Source of the DNA: Lentisphaerota bacterium
Lineage (GTDB): Bacteria; Verrucomicrobiota; Lentisphaeria; Victivallales; UBA1829
DNA length: 64,000 bases
NCBI GenBank assembly: GCA_015061915.1
Contig: SUVR01000002.1
Coordinates: 60,670-124,669, forward strand
Direction: 5' to 3'
Both the position numbers and the translations under genes were made by a program. Positions 36,219-44,345 of this stretch are shown piece by piece. Each line of letters begins with the position of its first letter. Position 1 is the first letter of the stretch. The notes below the pieces were generated by a model. That model saw only the letters and a list, made by a program, of their open reading frames with translations, searched no databases and was not told the DNA's origin.

Positions 36219-37598
36219 TCAGCGCACGGTGTTACTGATCTTGTTTTTGATGATGGGGGCAAGAACAGGACGGAATCCCACGCCGTTATTCTTTTCGTTC
36301 TGCGGCATATAAAGGCGGGATGCACTGCGGAGTTTTTCCGGAGAACAGCACCAATTTCCGCCACGGACAACTTTGCAAGGGATCTCACGCACAACGGACC
36401 GGGCATCAAAGTTCTTCAGTTGTTCATAAGTCACTGCTACCGGTCTGGTATTACATGGATTCTTCCGGTCCGGTGCATTCTGCAAAATCATATAAGTATT
36501 CGGCGCATAGAAATCATAACACCATTCGGCAATATTTCCGGACATATCATAAACGCCCCAGGCATTGGGCTTGAACTTTCCTGCGGGAGATGCCACTTCA
36601 TATCCATCGGAAAGAGCGACTCCCGGCTGGTTCACATTATCCCACCCGAAAGCCTTTCCGCTTTTCAGATCCAGACTGTTGGCGTACTTTGCTCCTTCTT
36701 CTCCAAATTCATTTCCCCAGTAATAATCGGTGGTACTCCCTGCCCGGCAGACATATTCCCATTCTGCTTCGGTAGGAAGACGGTACTCATAACCTTCGGG
36801 AATCCTGCCCAGTTTCCGCTCCTGATCCGTCAAGGTCTTGCAGTAATACACGGCTTCGTCCCAGCTGACTTCACCGGCAGGCAGGTCGTTGGCATTCAGA
36901 TTGCGGCTGTTCCATTCCTTCATGAAGTGAGAGGGCGTCAGACGGCGGAGCTGCCGGTTCGTGATCTCATATTTTGAGATCCAGAAAGGTCTGGTGATGG
37001 TAACTTCCACGCAGGGTGTTTCACTCCGGACCGCAAGATCCCGGCTGTCTCCCATCAGAAATTTGCCTTCTTTGATGGGGACCATGTCCAGCATTGCAGT
37101 CGATGCCACAAAGGGACGGTGATCAATGGGAGAGGATTCCAGCATAACTTTCCGGTAATCCCGGATTTTTTCTTCCATTTTCTCCCGCAGTTCGGGATAA
37201 TTCCGTTTGATGGAAAAATTGATCAGATTTTCTGCGATCCGGGTTGCTTCCGCAGCATTGACGGCGGCAGTATAGATCTTCTCCGGATTTTCCTTGCTGA
37301 AGGTCGCTTCCAGCGCAGCCAGTTTTTCACCGGTCACTGCGATGTACTGTTCATCTGCCTTCTTACTGTCACAGTAGGAATAGATTGCATATCCCACGCC
37401 CAGCACCACAAAAAATCCAAGCAGAACCATGATCCGCTTGAAGATCCGCTGTTTTGCCTCTTCGTGCTGAAGAATTGTCAGTTGACCGGGATCGACTTTG
37501 CTCCGCCGTGCGCCGTGAAGTTTTCTCACTTCTTCGATCCCGGAGGGCAGCCGTTCCGGGCTTTTCTTTTTCCGCTGTTTTGCAGTTTTTTCTTCCAT
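36219..37598 (-). CDS. membrane-anchored formylglycine-generating-enzyme (FGE/SUMF1)-family protein
   Basis: Lys-rich N-terminus, one TM helix (IMVLLGFFVVLGVGYAIYSY), then FGE-sulfatase domain motifs (MVPIKEGKFLMGD, EAEWEYVCRAG, GNIAEWCYD, VVRGGNWC, GFRPV). The start is uncertain: the ATG at 37598 has the better RBS spacing, and 37604 is also possible. Confidence 0.75.
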   Translation of the reverse strand: MEEKTAKQRKKKSPERLPSGIEEVRKLHGARRSKVDPGQLTILQHEEAKQRIFKRIMVLLGFFVVLGVGYAIYSYCDSKKADEQYIAVTGEKLAALEATFSKENPEKIYTAAVNAAEATRIAENLINFSIKRNYPELREKMEEKIRDYRKVMLESSPIDHRPFVASTAMLDMVPIKEGKFLMGDSRDLAVRSETPCVEVTITRPFWISKYEITNRQLRRLTPSHFMKEWNSRNLNANDLPAGEVSWDEAVYYCKTLTDQERKLGRIPEGYEYRLPTEAEWEYVCRAGSTTDYYWGNEFGEEGAKYANSLDLKSGKAFGWDNVNQPGVALSDGYEVASPAGKFKPNAWGVYDMSGNIAEWCYDFYAPNTYMILQNAPDRKNPCNTRPVAVTYEQLKNFDARSVVREIPCKVVRGGNWCCSPEKLRSASRLYMPQNEKNNGVGFRPVLAPIIKNKISNTVR

Positions 37599-37705
37599 TT
37601 TCATCTCTCCTTCATCGTGAGACAAGTTATTTCACCCGTAATATAACACAAAAAACAAAAAATTCTTGCAGAAAAGGTGAAAAATTGCAAAAAGTGCGTT
37701 ATATT

Positions 37706-39613
37706 ATGAAAAATAACAAAATCAGGAGTAGAAAATTGCAGGAAGAAAATTATGATGTTGCAGTCGTTGGCGGTGGTCATGCTGCGGTGGAGGCGGCGCT
37801 CGCCGCTGCCCGCGCCGGTGCAAAAACACTGATGCTGACGATCAACCTTGACCATATTGCCCAGATGAGCTGTAACCCCTGTATCGGCGGGATCGCCAAA
37901 GGGATCGTTGTCCGGGAGATCGATGCTATGGGCGGTGCCATGGCGGCAGTTGCGGATGCTTCGCGCATCCAGTTCCGTATGTTGAACCGTACAAAAGGGC
38001 CCGCTGTGTGGTCTCCCAGGGAACAGTGCGACAAAGTCTGCTATCAGCGCGCCATGAAACGGGTACTGGAACAGACGGAAAATCTGACGATCCGTCAGGG
38101 AATGGCAATGGATTTTCTGGTCGATGAGACCAGCTCCGCCGTTTGCGGTGTGACGGATCAGTTCGGCAACAAGTTCCACGCCAAAGCAGTGGTTATGGCG
38201 ACCGGAACATTCCTCCACGGAAAAATGCACTACGGCTTGCAGAACTTCGCCGGCGGCAGAGCCGGTGATCCGCCCTCCTGCGAAATCTCCGTGGCATTGA
38301 AAGATAAACTGAAACTGAAGATGGGGCGTTTGAAAACCGGAACCCCGCCGCGTCTCATCAAAAACAGTATTGATTTTTCCAAAATGCGTGTTCAGGAGTC
38401 CGATGAATCGGAAGAATTTTTCTCCTGCTTCCCGGATGACTCCATTCATCCGCAGACCTCCAACCGGAATATGCCCTGCCATATGACCTACACCACGGCG
38501 GAGACCGCAGAATTTGTCAAAGCAAATCTGGATAAAGCCCCCATGTATAACGGGCTGATCGAAGGGATCGGCACACGGTACTGTCCCTCTTTTGAAGACA
38601 AAGTGGTGCGTTTTCCCGACCACGAACGGCATCTGCTCTATCTGGAACCGGAAGGGGAATATACGGATGAGTATTATGTGAACGGCATCTCCACCAGTCT
38701 TCCGCCGGAGATCCAGACCGCCATGCTCCATACCGTTCCCGGTCTGGAACACGCAGAAATCGCCCGTTACGCCTATGCGATCGAATACGACTTTGTCTAC
38801 CCCGATGAACTGAACCGCTCCCTTGCCATCAAAAAATGGAAAGGGCTGTACCATGCAGGTCAGATCAACGGCACCAGCGGCTATGAAGAAGCGGCAGTGC
38901 AAGGGTTGATTGCCGGTCTGAACGCCGCCCGGTACGCACAGGGAAAGAGTCAGATCGAGCCGGGTCGTGACGAAGCGTACACCGGGGTGCTGATCGACGA
39001 CCTGGTAACAAAAGAGATCGTGGAGCCGTACCGTCTGTTCACCAGCCGCGCCGAATACCGCTTGAGTCTGCGGCAGGACAACGCCGACTTCCGTCTTTCA
39101 GAAAAAGCCTACAACTGGGGCATCCTGCCTGAATACAAATACCGTCAGTTCAAAACCTATTCCGACCGCTGCGCCGAACTGGAAGAAGCCTTCAAAGCAA
39201 AACACATCCCCGGCGGCAGAAGCTGCTGGGATCTGCTGAAGGACTGCAACGGCAGATTTGAAGCGATCGATCCTGCCGTCATCCCCCTTGCCGATCTGGG
39301 TTACAACGGGGAAGATCCATTGGAACGCCGTGTGTTGCGGCAGCTGGTGATCCGTTCCCATTATGAGGGGTATCTGCGTCAGGAAGCGATCGCAGTCGGT
39401 CATCTCCGGGCATTGGAAAGCTGGCAGATCCCCGGCGAACTGGATTACAGTACCATTCCCGGACTTCGTAACGAATCCCGTATGAAACTGAAAAAAGTTA
39501 TGCCCGGAACACTGGCGCAGGCAAGCCGGATCGACGGCGTAACTCCTGCCGAGATCGCACTGCTGCAGGTACATATTGCCCGTCTCCGGAAAACACAGAA
39601 GGATGACGTCTGA
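37706..39613 (+). CDS. mnmG: tRNA uridine 5-carboxymethylaminomethyl modification enzyme MnmG (GidA)
   Basis: FAD motif YDVAVVGGGHAAVEAALAAARAG and conserved GidA segments (MSCNPCIGGIAKG, GTRYCPSFEDK, HAGQINGTSGYEEAA). The ATG at 37706 is used. The upstream part of the track ORF overlaps the divergent gene. Confidence 0.95.
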   Translation: MKNNKIRSRKLQEENYDVAVVGGGHAAVEAALAAARAGAKTLMLTINLDHIAQMSCNPCIGGIAKGIVVREIDAMGGAMAAVADASRIQFRMLNRTKGPAVWSPREQCDKVCYQRAMKRVLEQTENLTIRQGMAMDFLVDETSSAVCGVTDQFGNKFHAKAVVMATGTFLHGKMHYGLQNFAGGRAGDPPSCEISVALKDKLKLKMGRLKTGTPPRLIKNSIDFSKMRVQESDESEEFFSCFPDDSIHPQTSNRNMPCHMTYTTAETAEFVKANLDKAPMYNGLIEGIGTRYCPSFEDKVVRFPDHERHLLYLEPEGEYTDEYYVNGISTSLPPEIQTAMLHTVPGLEHAEIARYAYAIEYDFVYPDELNRSLAIKKWKGLYHAGQINGTSGYEEAAVQGLIAGLNAARYAQGKSQIEPGRDEAYTGVLIDDLVTKEIVEPYRLFTSRAEYRLSLRQDNADFRLSEKAYNWGILPEYKYRQFKTYSDRCAELEEAFKAKHIPGGRSCWDLLKDCNGRFEAIDPAVIPLADLGYNGEDPLERRVLRQLVIRSHYEGYLRQEAIAVGHLRALESWQIPGELDYSTIPGLRNESRMKLKKVMPGTLAQASRIDGVTPAEIALLQVHIARLRKTQKDDV

Positions 39614-40551
39614 TGTCGCAGGAAAGTCCGTTCCGGCAACTGTGGAAAAACCTGATGCGCCAGAAGTTTGCGCTCAGTTCGCTCATTGTCTGTGCGGCAT
39701 TTCTGCTGACAGCGATCTTTGCGGAGATCTATACGGGTGTTTGCCATTCCAAAGGGATCGAACCGGTCTATGAAAAAGTTGCTCCCGAAAAACGGAATAT
39801 GGAACCCTGCGCAGAATACTGGTTCGGCACAGACTATCTGGGGCGATCCGTTCTGACCAGAGCCGTTTTCGGAGCAAAAACTGCTGTCAAAGTGGGCGTG
39901 ATCGCTTCCTTTCTTGCGGTTCTGCTGGGAGTTTTTCTCGGCGTCTGGGCAGGTTATAAAGGAGGAAAGACAGACGATTTTGTGGTATGGATCTACAGCA
40001 CTTTCGCCTCTATGCCGACCCTGCTTTTCATTCTCGCCTTTTCTCTGCTCGTCTCCAAGGGCTTCCTCTTTCCGCCGCTGGAAAAAGCATTCGCCGCTCT
40101 TGCCGCCCTGCTCCGCACGGAACCGGGGATGCTCTCCGTCTATCTGGGGATCGGTATGACCGGCTGGGTGGCGCTCTGCCGGGTCGTCCGGGCGGAGACG
40201 ATGAAACTGCGTGAGACCCAATATGTTCAGGCGGCGAAGACGCTGGGCGCCAGTGACCGTCAGATCATATTCAAGCACATTCTGCCCAATCTTTCCCACT
40301 TGATCATCATTTACTTTACCATGCGTTTTGCCCTTGCGATCATGACAGAAGTGATCGTGAGCTATCTGGGCTTCGGTGCCCAGCGTGAGCCCAGTTGGGG
40401 GACCATGATCGCACAGGGGCAAAGTCAGCTCTGGCAGGGGATCTGGTGGGAGGCGGGTGCCGCCACGCTCTTTATGTTCATTCTTGTGCTGGCGCTCAAC
40501 CTGCTGGGAGATGCCCTGCGGGATGCCACCGATCCGAAACTGAAATTTTAA
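39613..40551 (+). CDS. ABC transporter permease, oligopeptide/dipeptide (OppC/DppC)-type, orphan
   Basis: WFGTDYLGRSVLTRAVFGAKTAV and a BPD_transp_1 core are present. The ATG overlaps the mnmG stop (TGATG). No cognate binding protein, second permease or ATPase lies nearby. Confidence 0.8.
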   Translation: MSQESPFRQLWKNLMRQKFALSSLIVCAAFLLTAIFAEIYTGVCHSKGIEPVYEKVAPEKRNMEPCAEYWFGTDYLGRSVLTRAVFGAKTAVKVGVIASFLAVLLGVFLGVWAGYKGGKTDDFVVWIYSTFASMPTLLFILAFSLLVSKGFLFPPLEKAFAALAALLRTEPGMLSVYLGIGMTGWVALCRVVRAETMKLRETQYVQAAKTLGASDRQIIFKHILPNLSHLIIIYFTMRFALAIMTEVIVSYLGFGAQREPSWGTMIAQGQSQLWQGIWWEAGAATLFMFILVLALNLLGDALRDATDPKLKF

Positions 40552-40679
40552 GACATTTTTCGCTGTATTTTTCTTTTTCCTCCTTGACTTGACTTTGAAC
40601 CGGGGTATCTTATAACATTGTCCGATTTCTCTGCTCATTTTTCACAGAATTAAAAGAAATATAAAGGAACAAATGTATC

Positions 40680-41609
40680 ATGAAAATCGCAGCAGCAACC
40701 GACTACATCGGCAGCACCGGCTGTCCGGAACGCCCCCTCCGTCTCCTCGCTGAAGCAGGATTCACCCATCTTCACTGGTGCCATCAGTGGTGTACCGATT
40801 TTCTCTACAGCCAGCATGAAATCAATGCATACAAGAAAATGCTCAAAAATTTCGGTTTGACCCTGCTGGACATTCACGGCAGTCAGGGGCAGGAGAAATG
40901 CTGGTACTCCGAACTGGAATATCAGCGCAAAGCGGGCGTGGAACTGGTCATCAACCGCATCGAGATGATGACCGAACTGGAAGCCGAAGAAGGCGGCGCT
41001 CTTATGATGCACTTCCCCGTGTTCCATGCGTGGGATAAAGATAACGCCGAAGTTTTGGCGGCAACCCGAAGGAAACTGGATATCTTCAAGCGCACACTGG
41101 ATGATCTTCTGCCGGTCCTCGATATGCACGGAAGAAAGATCGCGCTCGAAAATATGTGGGGCGACAACTGGGATGCCATGGATGAAATTCTTGCCGAATA
41201 TCCGGCACAGTACATCGGGATCTGCTACGACTCCGGTCACGCAAACAGCAAATCCGTCGGCGGCAAGCCCTTCGATATGGGCTACTGCCAAATGGACCGT
41301 CTGGAAAAGCAGAAAGACCGTCTGGAAGCGTTGCATCTGCACGATAACAACGGCGACGGCGACCAGCATCAGCCCCCGTTCTACGGCAATGTGGACTGGG
41401 AACGGCTGGCAAAGATCATCGCCACCAGTAAATCCTACACCCGTCCTGTCAGTTTTGAAATGACCATCAGCAATACGCCGTTCCTGGATAAAGAGCGTCA
41501 GGAAAAAGGTGAACCGCAGACCGATAAAGCCGTTCTCGCATTCCTCAAGGATGCTCACGAACGGTGCGAAAAATTCGGCAGAATGGTCGAAGCGGCGGAG
41601 GCAAAATGA
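40680..41609 (+). CDS. sugar phosphate isomerase/epimerase (xylose isomerase-like TIM barrel)
   Basis: 309 aa. Typical metal-ligand context (IALENMWG, YDSGHAN, LHLHDNNGDGDQHQPP). Confidence 0.7.
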   Translation: MKIAAATDYIGSTGCPERPLRLLAEAGFTHLHWCHQWCTDFLYSQHEINAYKKMLKNFGLTLLDIHGSQGQEKCWYSELEYQRKAGVELVINRIEMMTELEAEEGGALMMHFPVFHAWDKDNAEVLAATRRKLDIFKRTLDDLLPVLDMHGRKIALENMWGDNWDAMDEILAEYPAQYIGICYDSGHANSKSVGGKPFDMGYCQMDRLEKQKDRLEALHLHDNNGDGDQHQPPFYGNVDWERLAKIIATSKSYTRPVSFEMTISNTPFLDKERQEKGEPQTDKAVLAFLKDAHERCEKFGRMVEAAEAK

Positions 41610-43804
41610 ACCGGGTCAGCAACTCCTGGAAACTGGAAGGCTCCACCGTCCTCACGGACAACGGGACCTTCCTGATGGATGGCGCGGGCTCTGCCGTTAC
41701 CACATTGAAACTGGATCAGCCCCAAGCTATGCCCGTCCGGATCAGCTGCGAAAGCCGCGCAGTCGATGCCATCGGAAACAATGCTTACGAATACTCCGTT
41801 CTGGCGAAAGTCGTCTTTACCGACGGAACCACCAACCGTCTGGACTGGACGCCCTTCAATGACGGAACGCTGTTCTATGCGGACTACGCTCCCTTTCTCA
41901 AGGGCAGTCACGACTGGCAGAAACGCAGTTTTCTCCTGATCTACGAAAAACCGATCCGGGATGTGCAGCTGGAAGTGCTGTTCACCCGTCATACCGGCAG
42001 CGCCGAGTTCCGGGATCTGACCGTGGAAGACTTTGCAAAGGATCCGGCGGTTCCGCGCTTCGATACCTTCACCATCGCCGGGGACCTGCCGCAGGGAGCT
42101 TTCCTCCGGGATTGCCGGACCGGCAGTTTCGCAGTGGATGGCGTCCGTATGGAACTGAAGGAGGAAAACGGTACGATCCACGCCCATCTGGAGCTGGGAG
42201 ATCAGGCGGATCGCTGTTTCACATTCTACTGGACGAAAGAGATTGCCGCCGATGCCGTCTCTTTCCTGCCCGCAATGGATGAGGAAACAGAGACTGCAAA
42301 CACGCCCAAAGACTATTTTCAGGTCTGCACCTGGCGGGTCGGGGCAAATGGTCTCGCCTCCAAAGCACCGTTCGCCGCCGTCAGCACGGGCGATGCAGTG
42401 GGGTTCGTTCCCCGGTGTCCGGTCTTCGGACGGGTGGGATACAACTCCATTTTCAAGCGTCTGTATGTGGCGTTCGATGTAGCACTGACCGCCGAACGCC
42501 CGTATGCCGATCTGACTTTTGTTTCTTATCGTTTTGAGCCGGAACACGGCTACCGCAGCGCTCTCTGCACTTATTACGGTCTGTTCCCCGAATTTTACAA
42601 GACGCGGATCCGGGAACAGGGGCTGTGGATGCCGTTCGCCAGTATCAAAAATCTGCCTGATCCGGAAGATTTTCACTTCAAGTTCAAAGAAGGGCACGGG
42701 GTCGGCGACTACGAGTGGGAACTGGAACACGGGATCCATACCTTCGCCTACACCGAACCCATGACCCAATGGATCGATATGCCCGCAGATGTGCCGCGGA
42801 CATACGAAAACGCCAAAATGTGGCGCCGGGAAAAGATCAGTTCCGAACAGGCAAAGGTCATTGATGATTCCGTTATGACCGACGAGACCGGCAAAGAGAT
42901 TATGCTCGCCACCGAACTGCCCTGGTGTCACGGCGTAGTGTGGAGCGTCAACTCCATGCCCGGATACGGCGATATGGAATGGAAACAAAAGACGATTCCC
43001 GCAGGTTTTCACGAATATATCGACAGCGCAGAAGGTTATGTGACGGCAGATATTTCACACCGCCGCGACCACTTTTCACGCTGTCCGCTGGCTCTGACCT
43101 TCAGCGCCGATTCCTTTGTGCCCGGTATCTGGAAGGGATATATCGCTTACGAATACGCCCGGGAACCCCATGACCGGCTCCTGCCCCAGGGCAGATATGT
43201 CATGGCGAACGGCACACCCGGCAGTATGTGGTTCCTGCCCGCAATGCTGGATGTTGCCGGCACCGAAACGGACTGGAACATCGGCGGCAGCTGGAGCCCC
43301 ATGACCGTACAGGAACTGCGGTACCGTCGCGCTGCTTGCGCCGATAAGCCGTACTGCTTCCTCATGAACTCCGACTTTTCAAAATTCACCCACGAAATGG
43401 TGGAAAAATATATGAAACGGTCCCTCGTGTTCGGCATGTTCCCCGGCTTCTTCAGCGCAAACGCCGCCAGCGGTCATTATTTCGCCAATCCCTCCCTCTA
43501 TGAACGGGACAGAGATCTGTTCAAACGGTATCTCCCCTTCATCCAGCAGGCAACCGCCGAAGGCTGGGAACCGGTGACATACGCCAAAGCCGACGATCCG
43601 GCGATCGCACTGGAACGGTACGGCACAAAGTATGTTACCGCCCTGAACGATTCCGGCGAAACAAGAACAGTCCGGCTGACATTCGATGATAAACTGGACG
43701 TCACCGGCTTTACCGATGTGCTGACCGGAAAAACATACCGCAAGGATGAACCCATTACGCTGGATGGCGAAGATGTGGCAATGCTGGAGCTGATCAAGGC
43801 GTAA
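41606..43804 (+). CDS. large cytoplasmic hypothetical protein (732 aa), possibly carbohydrate-active
   Basis: The ATG at 41606 overlaps the upstream stop (ATGA). There is an N-terminal beta-sandwich-like region and no signal peptide. No family recognised. The functional hint comes only from context (TIM-barrel isomerase upstream, cupin convergent). Confidence 0.55.
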   Translation: MNRVSNSWKLEGSTVLTDNGTFLMDGAGSAVTTLKLDQPQAMPVRISCESRAVDAIGNNAYEYSVLAKVVFTDGTTNRLDWTPFNDGTLFYADYAPFLKGSHDWQKRSFLLIYEKPIRDVQLEVLFTRHTGSAEFRDLTVEDFAKDPAVPRFDTFTIAGDLPQGAFLRDCRTGSFAVDGVRMELKEENGTIHAHLELGDQADRCFTFYWTKEIAADAVSFLPAMDEETETANTPKDYFQVCTWRVGANGLASKAPFAAVSTGDAVGFVPRCPVFGRVGYNSIFKRLYVAFDVALTAERPYADLTFVSYRFEPEHGYRSALCTYYGLFPEFYKTRIREQGLWMPFASIKNLPDPEDFHFKFKEGHGVGDYEWELEHGIHTFAYTEPMTQWIDMPADVPRTYENAKMWRREKISSEQAKVIDDSVMTDETGKEIMLATELPWCHGVVWSVNSMPGYGDMEWKQKTIPAGFHEYIDSAEGYVTADISHRRDHFSRCPLALTFSADSFVPGIWKGYIAYEYAREPHDRLLPQGRYVMANGTPGSMWFLPAMLDVAGTETDWNIGGSWSPMTVQELRYRRAACADKPYCFLMNSDFSKFTHEMVEKYMKRSLVFGMFPGFFSANAASGHYFANPSLYERDRDLFKRYLPFIQQATAEGWEPVTYAKADDPAIALERYGTKYVTALNDSGETRTVRLTFDDKLDVTGFTDVLTGKTYRKDEPITLDGEDVAMLELIKA

Positions 43805-43821
43805 GATGTACGCGAAAAATA

Positions 43822-43949
43822 GCGGAACGGCGCAGTCGCCGGAGCAACGCTCCGGCATACCGCCCACAAAAAAAAGCGCAGGCAAAAACGCCTGCGCTTT
43901 TTCTGTGGAGCGGCGGCAGCCCCTGCGGGGCTGGACTGCGCCGTTCCGC
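43822..43949. repeat. closed three-hairpin palindromic intergenic element (copy 3), contains bidirectional terminator
   Basis: Perfect 16-bp outer IR 43822-43837 GCGGAACGGCGCAGTC with 43934-43949 GACTGCGCCGTTCCGC. It encloses hairpins at 43838-43856, 43860-43913 (core A8-GCGCAGGC...GCCTGCGC-T5) and 43917-43933. Confidence 0.85.
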
Positions 43950-43967
43950 GTCGTCTTTTCGACATCC

Positions 43968-44318
43968 TCAATAGCAGGGAATCATAGCAAGCACGACCAG
44001 TGTCTCATCGCCGAGAGCGGCGATGCTGTGACCTTCGCCGCCGCGGGTCACGATACTGTCGCCTGTTTCCAGAATGGACTTCACACCGTTATCGTCCACT
44101 TCTGCTCTGCCGGACACCACAAAAAAGATTTCTTCCTCGTTCTCGTGAACATGATAACCGATCGATGTCCCCGGTTCCAGGATCAGCTTGGAATACATAC
44201 GCACATTGCTGTTCAAGCCATCTCCCTTCTTCCAGATATGTTCCATTTTCACGGTGCCGTTTCCGCCGCGCATAGTGGTGCGTTCTTCCTTTACAAATTC
44301 ATCTTTTCTGCGAATCAT
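43968..44318 (-). CDS. cupin-domain protein
   Basis: 116 aa with cupin_2 motifs GYHVHENEEEIFFVVSG and GEGHSIAALG. AAGGAG RBS. Confidence 0.75.
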   Translation of the reverse strand: MIRRKDEFVKEERTTMRGGNGTVKMEHIWKKGDGLNSNVRMYSKLILEPGTSIGYHVHENEEEIFFVVSGRAEVDDNGVKSILETGDSIVTRGGEGHSIAALGDETLVVLAMIPCY

Positions 44319-44345
44319 GATCCTGCTCCTTGATCTTTATTTTAC

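Noticed and set aside
37454-37705. N-terminal extensions suggested by the ORF track: mnmG from 37454, 1858-2088 for the membrane protein, 41564 for the 732-aa protein, 25500 for rlmI, 47391 for folP, 53437 for htpG, 31721 for the AAC(3) gene and 10371 for the lipoprotein
   Set aside because: The extended starts are mostly GTG or TTG without RBSs, and they overlap neighbouring genes or promoters. Downstream ATGs with AGGAG-type RBSs give N-termini that match the expected family starts.
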